From assembly GCA_012026655.1 (NCBI GenBank), contig JAAILG010000054.1, forward strand, positions 1 to 64,000: a stretch of DNA of 64,000 nt, in the 5' to 3' direction. How positions within the stretch are numbered: position 1 is the stretch's first letter; each line of letters begins with the position of its first letter. Made by a program: the position numbers and the translations under genes. Below are positions 37,873 through 49,295 of this stretch, piece after piece. This DNA comes from Hydrolagus affinis (taxonomy: Eukaryota). Under the pieces are notes generated by a model. The model had not been told where the DNA came from. It saw only the letters and a program-made list of their open reading frames with translations, and did no database searches.

Positions 37873-39287
37873 CTGTTTCTCACAGCCACAACCTACAACT
37901 CTCACATTCAGCTACTTCTGTGAGTTTGCAACAGGCCTTTGCAGAATTAAGACATAAACAGGTCAAAGATGGTCCAAACACAGCTCCTCCGGTTTTCAAT
38001 CAAACCATGACACCTTTTCCTGCGGTACATCCCGAAAATAACAGTATTGGAGGAGGAATAACCCCTGCACAAACTATGGTGGCATCCTCAGCACCAGCTT
38101 GTGGAGCAGTTGCTAGCTCTGCACCTCAAGGTGTGACACAAATTGTTCAAACACAACCACCTCAGCAAGTGACTGGTGAGGCTATTGCTAGCGGAAGTGC
38201 CCCAAGTTCGATATCACCACCTTTGCTCTCGCAGCCAGCTCAGCAGTTGATTGGAGGTCCTGTTGCCAGTGTTAGTGTTCCATATTGTTTATCCTCACCT
38301 TTGACCTCCCAAGTAAATCAGCAGCTGATTGCTGGACCTGTGGCCAGTGTTACCACTTCAAGTTCAGCATCTCCACCACTAGGGTCACAAGTGGCTCAGC
38401 AGGCGACTGGAGGAGCTGCACTTAGTGCAGGAAATTCAGTAACTGCCTCCCCACCTTCGACTCAAACTGTGATATCACAAGCAACTCAGCAAACAACTGG
38501 TGGAAATGTGGTGAATCAACTAGAATCTTCACCTCCACTGACTATATTACAAGGCCAGACTGAGACGTTGTATACCACCGCCCAAACAGAAGTGCAACAT
38601 ATGGGAGGTAATGGCATGGTCTTGGCGGTTTCCACATCTCTACCATCTGGCATCCAGACTCCTGCCAGTCAACCTTTTGTGGTACAAACTGTTGCCACGC
38701 AAAACTCTACCCTACCTCAGACCATGGGCCTAGCAACCCAAATTTCTGTACCTGGCACAGGACCTGTGCAACCTGTTCCCAGTCTCCCTTCTGTTCAGCA
38801 GACTCTGATTCATGGTCAACCACAACCAGCTTTTCTCCCAAACCAACCCAATGTTCTTTACTCTGAAGCAGATCTTGAATTGAATGCCAAAGGAACTGGC
38901 ATAGATGATATCAAAACCTTGGATGAAAAGCTTCGGTCATTATTCAGTGAACACGGTACTGCGGGTTGTGCTCATGTTTCTGCCCCCCAAGAGACTGGAA
39001 TGAATCCGGACACTGCCACAATTGATCAAAACCTACCCATTGCAGGAAAAATGTCAGGTGTCCCAGGGACTTCAGGAACCATTCCGGCTCCATCTTACCC
39101 TACATCCACCCCAGCGCCTGCTGTACCTCCTGCCAGCCTGCCTCTCGGCCCCACAGGACTTCCGCTGACTGTCCAACAGCCTTTGACTCCTGCCAGTTAT
39201 GCAGCAGTTGTTTCCCTACCCAGCGCAGGCCCCACTGCAGGGCGACCAGGCACACCACCATCCAAACCATCACTTAGCAGATTACCT
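37873..39287 (+). CDS. WNK1: WNK1 exon 19 (large S/T/P/Q low-complexity exon)
   Basis: ttcacag|CTGTTTCT ... TTACCT|gtaagt; 1415 nt; SLQQAFAELR, GPNTAPP, GIDDIKTLDEKLRSLFSEH, PGTPPSKP. Confidence 0.93.
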
Positions 39288-39554
39288 GTAAGTTATTAGC
39301 CAACAGAACACATTCAGTTTCAAACAATTGTATTTAATATATTCTGCAAAGTAAACAAAATTGATAATCTAAAAATATTCACAGTGGAATTGTGAAAATG
39401 CTCTTTCAGGTTTGTGCTTCAGATCCCACTATCAATCAAATCAATCAATCAAAACTTACATTTATATAGCGCCTTTCACGTCAAGAGGACGTCCCAAGGC
39501 TCTGTAAACTATGTTCTTTACCAGTACTTCATTATAACTTAAACTCTTAAGTGG

Positions 39555-39840
39555 TACCAGGGATGAGAGATTTTGGTTATGTGGAGAGATTAGAGGGGAG
39601 ATGAGAATTTTTTTTACACAGAGATTTGTTACAATCCTGAATGCACTGCCTGAAGGAGTGATGGAAACAGATTCAATACAACTTTCAAAAGAGAATTTGA
39701 TAGATACTTCAAAAGGAAATTTTGCAGGTGTATGAGGAAAGAGTGGGGGAGTGTGACTTATTGGGTAGCTCTTCCAATGCGCCAGCACAGGCACAATCGG
39801 CTGAATGACCTCTCTCTCTGCAATAATATTCTATGATTCA
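39555..39840 (+). mobile_element. CR1-type LINE 3' end
   Basis: FFTQRFVTI.NALP-like remnant followed by a CR1-like 3' UTR ending ttctatgattc. Confidence 0.7.
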
Positions 39841-40695
39841 GTGGTTAAACTGTAAAGTGCACTGCAATATTGTAGTCATTCAAATTGTGGGCAGTGGATA
39901 TTTTTACATGTGTTACTTGCCCCTGTATTCTCCTTTTTTTAAATTAGTCAGCATCCAGGCAACCAAAGTTTGTTAGTTTGCAAAAATGTTTCACTGTCGA
40001 ATGATACGGGGTGGGTGCAGTCCTCAATTTACCACATGGCAAGCTTATAAAACATTTTCATATTTAGAAATGCAGCTGGATTTTTGCTTCAGTGGCATAC
40101 ACTTTGTAGTTTTATAGTGCAACAAGTTTTCACATTAATAATGTTTTGTGCTTTTAATTCCTCCATTGTTTCATTTTGATTTCTAACATCTACATAATGA
40201 TTTCAGTTGAACTGCATTCTAAATTAAACTTGTGATGCTGGAGAGGAATTGAAGAATGAATGCTGCATGAACATAATTTTGTATATATTAACATAACTGA
40301 ACTGAATGATGAAAAAAATACCCTAAGTGTGTGTCACTGCTAACTTTGGCTATGAAGGAGGTTCAGTTATGGGTTTTCACATGTACCATCTGATTCATAA
40401 GATCTTAATGACACTTCTCCAGATGCACCCAGCAATGAACACTGATGGAACAAAATTGTGGTTTTTGAGTGAATATTTATTCTTGGAAGTGGACGATTAA
40501 TAAGTTCCAGTTTGGGATGTAGATAAAAGAGACAGTTTAACCAGAGTCAAAAGAGAGCAAGCAGCAATTCATCTGAATAGATGATAGAAAATAGAATGAA
40601 TAGAAAATAAATCATTTTGAGATCAGCCAGCAATGTATTTTTAAATTACAATTTATGTATATTCTTTACAAATTACAATTAATAACCTGGGTTAA

Positions 40696-42022
40696 AACAA
40701 CAACAACAAAAAATTACACTTCTATAGCGCCTTTCACGTCAGGAGGACGTCCCAAGGCTCTGACAGTCATTATTTCAGACCCAATCTGGGGACAGAGAGG
40801 GTGGAGGGAAAGGAGGGGGATTCGTTGGGACCAAAAAAAGAGGAGTGTCTTAAGGCGGAACTTGAAGGAGGCTAGGGAGGGGGCAAGGCAGAGATACTGT
40901 GGGAAATAGTTCCAGAGGTTGGGGGAGAGTGGCTGAAGGCTCGCCAGCCAATGGTGGGGCAAGTGCGTTGGGGGATGTGGAGCAGGACCAGGATCTTGAA
41001 TTGAATCCTCTGGGTGATGGGGATCCAATGGAGTTGACAAGGATGGGGGAGATGGGGTCACAAAGCTTGGAGCGGTAGTGGACATGGCCCTAGAGTTCTG
41101 GATTATCTGCATTTTATGGAGGGAGGAATTGGTAAGGCCGACAAGCTGGGTGATGGCATAGTCGAGCTGGATGTGACCTAGGTTCCTGACTGGCTTGGTG
41201 AGGTGGAGTTTGCAATCATGGAGGTCGATGCTGCCAATCCCTGATGCGTAAAGGCGCTAGTGCGAGCCAATCAGGAGAGCCTCGTTGTTGTTGACTTTCA
41301 ACTGTAGAAAGTTAGCTTTCATCCAGGACTGGATGTCTGACAGGCCGTCTGTCAGGACAGCAGTGGTCCTGGAGTTGAAGGTAGAGGCAGAAAGATAGAG
41401 TTGGGTGTCATCCGCATAAATGTCACCAAGGGGGAGCATGTAGATGTTAAAAATTAGGGGGCCAGGGACAGAGCCCTGGGGACGTCACAGGTGACAGTGA
41501 GGGGGCTGGAAGAGAAACCATTTGTGGTGACAAAGTGGATACGGTGAGAAAGATAGGAGACGAGGGAGAATGAAGATTGAGCTGGGAGGAGAGGCGGTGT
41601 AGGAGGATGGAGTGGTCAACAGTGTCAAAGGCAGCAGAGAGGTCAAGGAGACAGAGAGAGCTCTGATCACAGATGTTTAAAATGTCATTGGAGACTTTGA
41701 CCAGGGCTATCTCCGTGCTATGGGTAGCATGGAAGCTGGATTGCAGGGGTTCAAAGAGGGAATGGGGAAAGAGAAAAGAGTGAAGCTGGGAAGCAACGAC
41801 TCGTTTCAGGGCCTTAGAGAGGAATTGGCGGTTGGAGATGGGGCGGTAGCTGGAGAGTAGGGATGGGTGCAGCGAAGGTTTTATTTCAGGATGGGGTTGA
41901 TGTCAGCTGTTTTTAGAGGAGTGGGAACTGTGCCGGTGGATAGGGAGAGGTTGGGAGGGGGGCTAGGAGGTGGAGCTGGGAGATAAGGAGAGAGATGGAA
42001 ATGGGGTCAAGGGAGCAGGTGG
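40696..42022 (-). mobile_element. Degenerate L2 LINE (reverse-transcriptase region plus 3' tail)
   Basis: Minus-strand remnants [30 protein letters not shown]; L2 tail at 40696-40760. Confidence 0.9.
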
Positions 42023-42290
42023 GTTTACACAATTTTAAGGAGTTATCCATGAATGTTTATTAAGACACTTGAAATTAATCGAAAGATTAAACTATTTTAA
42101 GCAAAGTTACTTACCCCCGCCCCCCCGTGTCTTTTTTTATGAAATAATTTAGTTTCCAAATTATATGGAGGAAGCTAGTGATAATTTGTGTTGTACATTG
42201 AGACAACCTTTCAACACCTCTTTAGATCTTTATTGGGCTATTCACTCTGTTTTGGTTGATGCATCTCCTCTTCCCATTCATTACCTGTAG

Positions 42291-42389
42291 GTACAACTAA
42301 GCGCGGAAGCTCTTGACCACCAACTAAAACAGGCTCTCACTCCACCCACTGAGCAGTTGCCACCTTTTCCAGGACCTTCACTAACCCAG
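42291..42389 (+). CDS. WNK1: WNK1 exon 20
   Basis: cctgtag|GTACAACTA ... ACCCAG|gtgcta; 99 nt; ends EQLPPFPGPSLTQ. Confidence 0.87.
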
Positions 42390-43176
42390 GTGCTATAATG
42401 TGACCCAGTATTCTCTTTGTGAATGAATTACCCTGTTTTATGTGCCATGTTCTCTGCATGTAGTTCATCTCTCATTTGCAAATCACCAGGTGCATGTTCT
42501 CTGTCTCACTTATTAACCCCTTAACTGTAAATTGGTTCCAGGATTTTAAAAAAGTTACTTTTTTTGCGAGAAATACCCATGTAGTGAAGACTTCTTTACA
42601 TTCATTTGGTTCACTAGACACTGATGAATGTTGGAGTGAATGAGACCACACATTAGCAAATATTCAGTTATAATCATTTATTTTTCACAAAAGACCCACA
42701 AATGTGCATGTAGCCATCAGTTCCATTATTACTGACGGGAATCAATTACATGCAGGGTTGCTACGTTGGCGATTATTTAAACTGTTGTTGGTTTAATCCA
42801 ACAGTTAGTATCAGAAAAAACCTAAAACTGTCCTTTGTGTATCATTATCATTCAATTTTACAAACTTAAAACGTTGAAGGTAGCCCCAGTATCAGAATCT
42901 TGCTTTGGTTTTTCATGCGTAAAACACAACCATAGTTCCAAGTTTCTTGTTTTGAGCTTGTATTGGTGCACTTAAGTATTGTGATTTTTTTTAAAATGCT
43001 TATCCCTCCGATATTGTTGAGAATTTATTCTCAAAACTTTTTTTGCTGCTTTGTATCTTCATGATCAGAATGTCAACATTATGAAATCTGCATTGTTTTA
43101 TGTACAGAGAAGCTTTTGTGACATACATTTATTTGTAATGTGAATATGGAGATGCCTAACTTAACTTGTGCTTTAG

Positions 43177-43272
43177 TCGCAGCAGCCTTTGGACACTCTG
43201 GATGCCCAACTGAGACGAGCTTTGAGTCCGGAGACTGTAACAAATGTGCCAATTAGTATCGGTTCAGTACAG
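43177..43272 (+). CDS. WNK1: WNK1 exon 21
   Basis: ctttag|TCGCAGCAG ... GTACAG|gtgagt; 96 nt; SQQPLDTLDAQLRRALSPE. Confidence 0.92.
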
Positions 43273-44511
43273 GTGAGTTTCCATGTGTTGAAAAATTAGC
43301 AGCGTTTCAAGTGTTCTGAAGATCTTGCATTGACTTCATAACTTTCTAGAAGGAGTTGAGAGTAAACGGGAGGCTACCTTAAGTACAGGTGAATTGCATT
43401 AGGAAACATCTAGAGATATTCTCACGGGGTTTTTAAGTTATTAGAAAATATTAAATGAACTTTATCTGTGTTCACATTGACCAAGCTGGAAGATCCATAG
43501 ATGTGTTGTGGAGCAGAATAAACATCTCATGATTTAAAAATCATTTTAACTTCTCATTTTATATAAATATAGGCATAACATGGAGTCACTGCACTGAAAA
43601 GTATGTTATGTGAAGCATTTTGGAACATCCTCCTGATGTGAATGTGGCTATACCAAATGAAATATGGGGATTATTATTATTGGATATTATAATTCTTTGG
43701 ATACAACGGTCCCTGACAAGTTTAGCCTGAGGAACATTTTTGTGTAAGTTGAAATGTTAATTTTCCTGCAGGTCTCATTTATTTCGGTGCCTTCACTTTG
43801 TTGCCTCAGTCTATCAGTTGCTATCCTATTGTTGCTTCAGGATATCAATGGCTCCCTGCAGAAACTCTTAACTTGCCACAAATATAAAACCAATAGCTTG
43901 GCAGGATGGGAGTATTTCTTTAGAAGGAAGGAATGTTACACTGCCACGAACTGTCTATCATAGAATGAATATCTCAGTTGGAATATTGCAGCATTTGGAA
44001 AGACAAATGAAGAGCTGCATTTATAAAATGCTGCAGAAATTGTGCATAACAGCTGACAACATTTCAAATTGACCACCAAAGGAAAGACGTTTCAAAACAA
44101 CAATTGTCCTGGAAATAAAAAGAGAAAGCTATTAATGGTGCAAATGTGAAATACGTGGAGGGTGAAACAGCATCTGATAGAAAACATTTTTCTTACAATC
44201 CTTCATTATACCTAAAACGCTGGATACAGGAAAACACTATATAGATAATTAACATAATAAATAATATGGCACAAATAACAAACCAACTGGGAAAGTTAAT
44301 TTTAAGGGATTTTTTTCCCTTCATTTTCCTTGTATAACCTGCCCTAGAATTTTCCAGCTCACAACTGATCTATAAGGGCTCACACTGAAAATGTTGCACT
44401 TTTTCAGGTTCTCAGTGTCATTTTATTGGTTTGAACTTTCAGCATTTCAGTTTTTTCAATTGCCCTGGACTTGCTCTATTTGCCAGATACGGACAATTGA
44501 TGGACTTGTTT

Positions 44512-44880
44512 ATAATAATAATAATCCTTGCATTTGAAATATCGCTTTTCACATCTTATGTCTCAAAGCGCTTCACAGAATATACTGTAAAGTGAATTGA
44601 CTATATATTTGTGGGCGAAACGCGGCAGCCAGTTGCGCATAGCAGGGTCCCACATTGTTTTTATTGTTTATTATTAATAGCACAATGTTTAATGTTCTCT
44701 CAATCAATAATAAATTGGTCACTTCAATCCACAACTGTTTGTGGGACACTGCTGTCCGCAATTGGCTGCTGTGTTTTTCCCACAAAAAAATCAATTAATT
44801 TTACAGTATATTCCGCGAAGTGCTTTGAGATATCTAGAAGATAATGAAAAGCTCTATATCAAATGCAAGGATGGTTATTA
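44512..44880. repeat. Two SINE 3' halves in inverted orientation (fold-back)
   Basis: 44512-44654 on the minus strand and 44706-44880 on the plus strand, same family. Confidence 0.82.
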
Positions 44881-45163
44881 TTGTTACAATGGGGTAACTG
44901 AAAAACCATGATATCATTGCCATGGTATCTAATGAGTCTTAAAGAAATTCTGTGCTTTTTTTAGATAATAGGATAGTTATCACATCTTTTTTGGTCATCC
45001 TGTATATATGTCCATGACTTCAGTTTACCTCAGGCTAAGCTTATCAGGCTTAGTTGTATCCAAACAAATGCAAGTGAATGAATGTATTGACGTAGCTAAT
45101 CTCAATCTATTCAGAATGTTTATACAATAAAAATTGTACATTAATTTAAATATTTTTCTCTAG

Positions 45164-45233
45164 TCGTCTCAGGGTTTTGTTTCAGTGAGTGGGTCTGGAC
45201 AGAGTTCAACAACAACAGGCTTCCCAGGTGAAG
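45164..45233 (+). CDS. WNK1: WNK1 exon 22 equivalent
   Basis: tttctctag|TCGTCTCAG ... GTGAAG|gtaagc; 70 nt; phase 0-1 is needed to join exons 21 and 23. Confidence 0.8.
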
Positions 45234-45579
45234 GTAAGCTGTTGATCCGTGTGTACGCTGCAGATCATTTTGTAAAAGTTGCTCTTGGGGAATATGTCCC
45301 ATGGTCAGTGAAATTAACAATTTTATCACTAAATTCTAATTGAAATGCATGATCAGGATTTTTTGGACAGGGTGTATCATTTGTTATCACTGATTCTTTA
45401 GCAGTGATATGTGAATATAGTATTAAAAGGTGCCATTTTGCCTAATACACTGAGTCCAAAGCATATCACCTAGTTTGAGGATACTATTATAAATGTACTA
45501 CAATATGTAGCATTGTAATCTTAATTTGGTTTAGAAATACTGTTCTTTTTGTCTATTTGGTTCTTTATGTTTTATCTAG

Positions 45580-45722
45580 GTCAAATTCAGATGACAGGGG
45601 AGGGACTGACTCCCTCGGAAGACAAACCAATCTGTCCTGTGGCGCAATCGAGATCCCGGGAGGAAGGAGCCACAGCATCAAATGCCAGTGCAGGAGTTAG
45701 TGTTAAAATGGGTCGATTTCAG
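45580..45722 (+). CDS. WNK1: WNK1 exon 23
   Basis: tatctag|GTCAAATT ... TTTCAG|gtaaaa; 143 nt; ends VKMGRFQ (RFQV completed by the next exon). Confidence 0.88.
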
Positions 45723-46136
45723 GTAAAAATCAAAGTCAGAGAGAGTAGCAAAAAGCATTCCTTGTGAGGAAATTTTCAAATGAGCACTTGAATGTCGCAA
45801 TGGTTTGTGTACACCAGAATATGAGCTTTAATATGATGTTGCACTCCAATCTGATTTTGTCTTTGTATCCACGCATTACCTAGTTGTTGAGTTTTTTCTG
45901 ACCTTTTTTTTGATACTTGGATAACATTAGGGCATCTTCAGATAATTGAATATATCATAAATGTTCTATTTGTTTTTTGTATTTTCATTCAGATTTATTT
46001 GTGTAATTTATAACCTACTTGAAAATGTTGTATAAATCCAACTTCTCGTTTATAATTGTCACCTGTAACCATGAAACTATGGTGAATCAAAATTGGCATG
46101 AACATGATTAACATGTTTACGATTTGTCCCTTGCAG

Positions 46137-46819
46137 GTGTATGTTGCAACAGATGATGTCTTACCTCAAAGAGCAGATAAGCAGGGAGAGATTAGCAAAA
46201 AGCCCATCTCTGATGAATCTTCCTTTTCTGGAAGCAGCCCTGAAAGTACAGTAACAAAACAGTCTGATTATATCATTCCCGAAGACATGGTAGATAGTGC
46301 CCCAGTACCTCGAAATGAACAGAGCAAAACCCAACAGCAGGAGGCAACCCAGCAGGCAACAATAGGTCGATTTCAGGTCACCACAAGACGAGACACAGTT
46401 GGCCGTTTTTCTGTAGCGAGGATGCAAGATGAGGTAACCTACGAAGCTGGAAAGGCAGAGATTCCTGGCCCTCCTTTGAATATTTTAGACGGGGCACTTT
46501 CATCAGTGCAATTTGATCAGACTGGTACTTCAGATCAGTTTTTACCACCGAAAGAATCATTTGGGTCAGAGCAGTATCTACATACCAATGGACCTGTTCT
46601 ATCAGAAGCTGGACAGTTGTCTTACTCAAAGGAGGTGGATGAAAAACAGGCTGATGACAGTACAGGGAGTCCTATTTCTCCTCAGTCACCAGATTCCAAG
46701 GGTACTATTCCCATACAGAACCTTGGCAATTCCTTTAATTCCTCTTACATGAGTAGTGACAATGACTCTGAAATCGAAGATGAAGATATGAGGAAGGAGC
46801 TGCACAGACTGAGGGACAA
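46137..46819 (+). CDS. WNK1: WNK1 exon 24 (RFQV and RFSV motifs, SYMSSDNDSE)
   Basis: ttgcag|GTGTATGTT ... GGACAA|gtaagt; 683 nt. Confidence 0.94.
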
Positions 46820-47174
46820 GTAAGTAGCAAGCTTGGTACCTAAAAGATTTTTAAGATCTTAAAAGACCTTATGAGTGCATGATAATGAAAATATTTTAAA
46901 TTATACATGGTAACTCACTTTAACAAGCAGTCAATTGAGAACAAAAATGAACATATTTAGTATTTTAAACATAATTACATGTTCATAAAATATATGCGTA
47001 TAGTTTTAATCCATATTGTTTCACAAAATACGTCTCAATAGCACCAATCAACCCTCTGCAATTTTGCGCAAAGTACACTAAATTTTCCTCCACAATTTTG
47101 GGCAGATGCCCATAGTATTTAAAAAATATATTTCTGTACTTTTCTATTGGCTCAGGTAATAAGTAACTTGAATA

Positions 47175-47625
47175 ACCATTTTTATTTATATAGTGCTTTC
47201 ACCTAGGAACAAGTGTTACAAAGTGTTTTTTTACAGAGGAGCCAGAGATTCATCATCAAAGGGAAAGATGTTTAGACTAGTATTGAAAGTGGAAAGGGAG
47301 GAAATGAGATGGAGAGATATCTGGAGAGCATGCCACAGAGTTGGGGCTAAGTAGTTGAAAGCTTGATCACTGGCCCATGTTTAGGCAGTGGACATATAGC
47401 AGGCGAGAGTTGAAGGAATGGTTGAAGGAATTGGACCACAGGAAATGGTGGAGATAGGGAGGGGATTGGAGATGATCTGGAGTTTGGGAGCTGATGAGTA
47501 GGGCATTGGAGAAGTCAGACCTGGAGGTGATGAAGACATGGGTATGAATTTCAGGCATGTTGGGGATGACAATATGTGGTGGGCGATCTGTGCACAGATT
47601 GAAAGCAAACTTGGTTAAGGCTCAG
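47175..47625 (-). mobile_element. Old L2 fragment
   Basis: Minus-strand IHTHVFITSRSDFSNALL remnant and L2-like tail. Confidence 0.65.
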
Positions 47626-47763
47626 ATGAATGCCTTAAAAGGAGAGATGAAGGTCGAATAAATTGCTATGAGTTAATTCAGAATGTTGGCTTCACTGCTT
47701 GGCTTTGTTTAATATTCTCAAATTTTCTAGACTTTGAAGTGCTCCTATTGTTACTTGTTTCAG

Positions 47764-47966
47764 ACATTTAAAGGAAATTCAGGAGTTACAATCACGTCAG
47801 AAACAAGAGATTGAGGACCTCTATATAAAATTAGGCAAGGCACCCCCTGCAGTGATTATTCCACCTGCAGCTCCCCTTTCTGGACGTCGCAGACGACCCA
47901 CCAAAGGAAAAGGCAGCAAATCGAGTCGGAGCAGTTCCCAGGGTCCAAAGAGCCCCCTACTTCCAG
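47764..47966 (+). CDS. WNK1: WNK1 exon 25 (C-terminal coiled coil, HQ motif)
   Basis: tttcag|ACATTTAAAG ... CTTCCAG|gtatgt; 203 nt; HLKEIQELQSRQKQEIEDLYIKLGKAPPAVIIPPAAPLSGRRRRPTKGK. Confidence 0.96.
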
Positions 47967-48442
47967 GTATGTGTAAATTAGTATTCTATTGCTGATTTTT
48001 CTCATACCAATTTTATATTGCAATATAGACTGCAACCACAAAGTCAACGCGCTCATTACCTGCACTTCTCTTTCTATAGTTGCAGACTTTGCCTTCGATT
48101 TGAGTTTTAGAAAACTGTTCTTGTTTTCCCTAGTTCCAAAACCATTATTTTGGTAAAATATCCAACATTGTCTTAAGACAACTCATTTGCAATGCATAAG
48201 ATGGCTTATGTGGTTTACGTAGACCTAGAACGGCCCCGCATTATTGGTGCAGTGCCAGCCTTTTTTCATTAAGAAGACACAGGCAGCTTTGTATCGACAA
48301 AGCAGCATATCCAGTGTCATAAAGGGTCTGCGGTAATATGGCACCAGTAAATTTGGCCATTTTTCAGAGGTAGGCTTGCAGCTACAAGTGAACTAGTTTT
48401 GTGATTTTGTTCATCATTGATCTTGCATAACTTTCTTTGTAG

Positions 48443-48637
48443 GCTCCTTTGCTGCTCAGAGTACTGTATCAATGTTAACACCACAGCAGACTCTGTTGCT
48501 TTCTCCAAATCCTCATGAGATGGCATTTTCAGAACAAGGTCAGTTGTTGAAACCTTCGCCATCCAGTGAAAATTTGTACTCTGCCTACACCAGTGAAGGG
48601 GTGATTTCTGCCCAAAATATTACTGCTACTGGACAGG
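48443..48637 (+). CDS. WNK1: WNK1 exon 26
   Basis: ctttgtag|GCTCCTTT ... GACAGG|gtaaga; 195 nt; LKPSPSSENLYSAYTSEG. Confidence 0.93.
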
Positions 48638-49084
48638 GTAAGAAACTTTCAAACAAATGTAATTTCTATGAGCTACAGTTATGGTTTGTTAGTAAATGCC
48701 CAAATCCCTAATTTGTGGATTTAACAGACAGAACGGATGTGAAAAATTCACTGACAATTGCATTCAGACTGATATGCTGGCAGATGAAATGGTTAACATT
48801 CATAGGTTAAGATTTCCCAGGTAGGTTAAGAGGTGCCATGAAAACAATGTAAAGTTCTTTGTTGTTTTGGTGACTTCTCTGGATCTTTAATACTGCAATG
48901 CAGTGAAGTGAAAACCTGGTCTGTAAAAATGTAAACTTCCACCCCTATGCTATGCACAACAATTCCCAGTTACAATTTTATGCACTCGTTGTACGATAGG
49001 TAAATGTCCTATGCCTACTTTATTCATGTTTGATCAATAAAGTTGTACTGAATTCCATATTTAAAACCTGATGACAAGAGATTA

Positions 49085-49295
49085 TGTTGGAAACATGGTG
49101 TATGAAAGTGTAGTGGAAGCCTATTTAATAACAACTTTTAAGAGAGAAGTAGATGGGAATTTGGGGAGGACAAAATTGCAGGGCTTTGGAGAGAAAGCGG
49201 ACCAGTGGGATTGAGTTGGACACCTCTTTTCTGAGCTGGTACACACAAGGTGGGCCAAATGGCCTCCTGTGCTGTTTGATTCTACAATTCTATGA
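49085..49295 (+). mobile_element. CR1-type 3' end
   Basis: Similar to 39640-39840; ends ggccaaatggcctcctgtgctgtttgattctacaattctatg. Confidence 0.65.

Noticed and set aside
43772-43963. Acceptor ttttcctgcag followed by an open frame, as possible exon 22
   Set aside because: No suitable donor and no WNK-like peptide; 45164-45233 supplies the required phase 0-1 exon.
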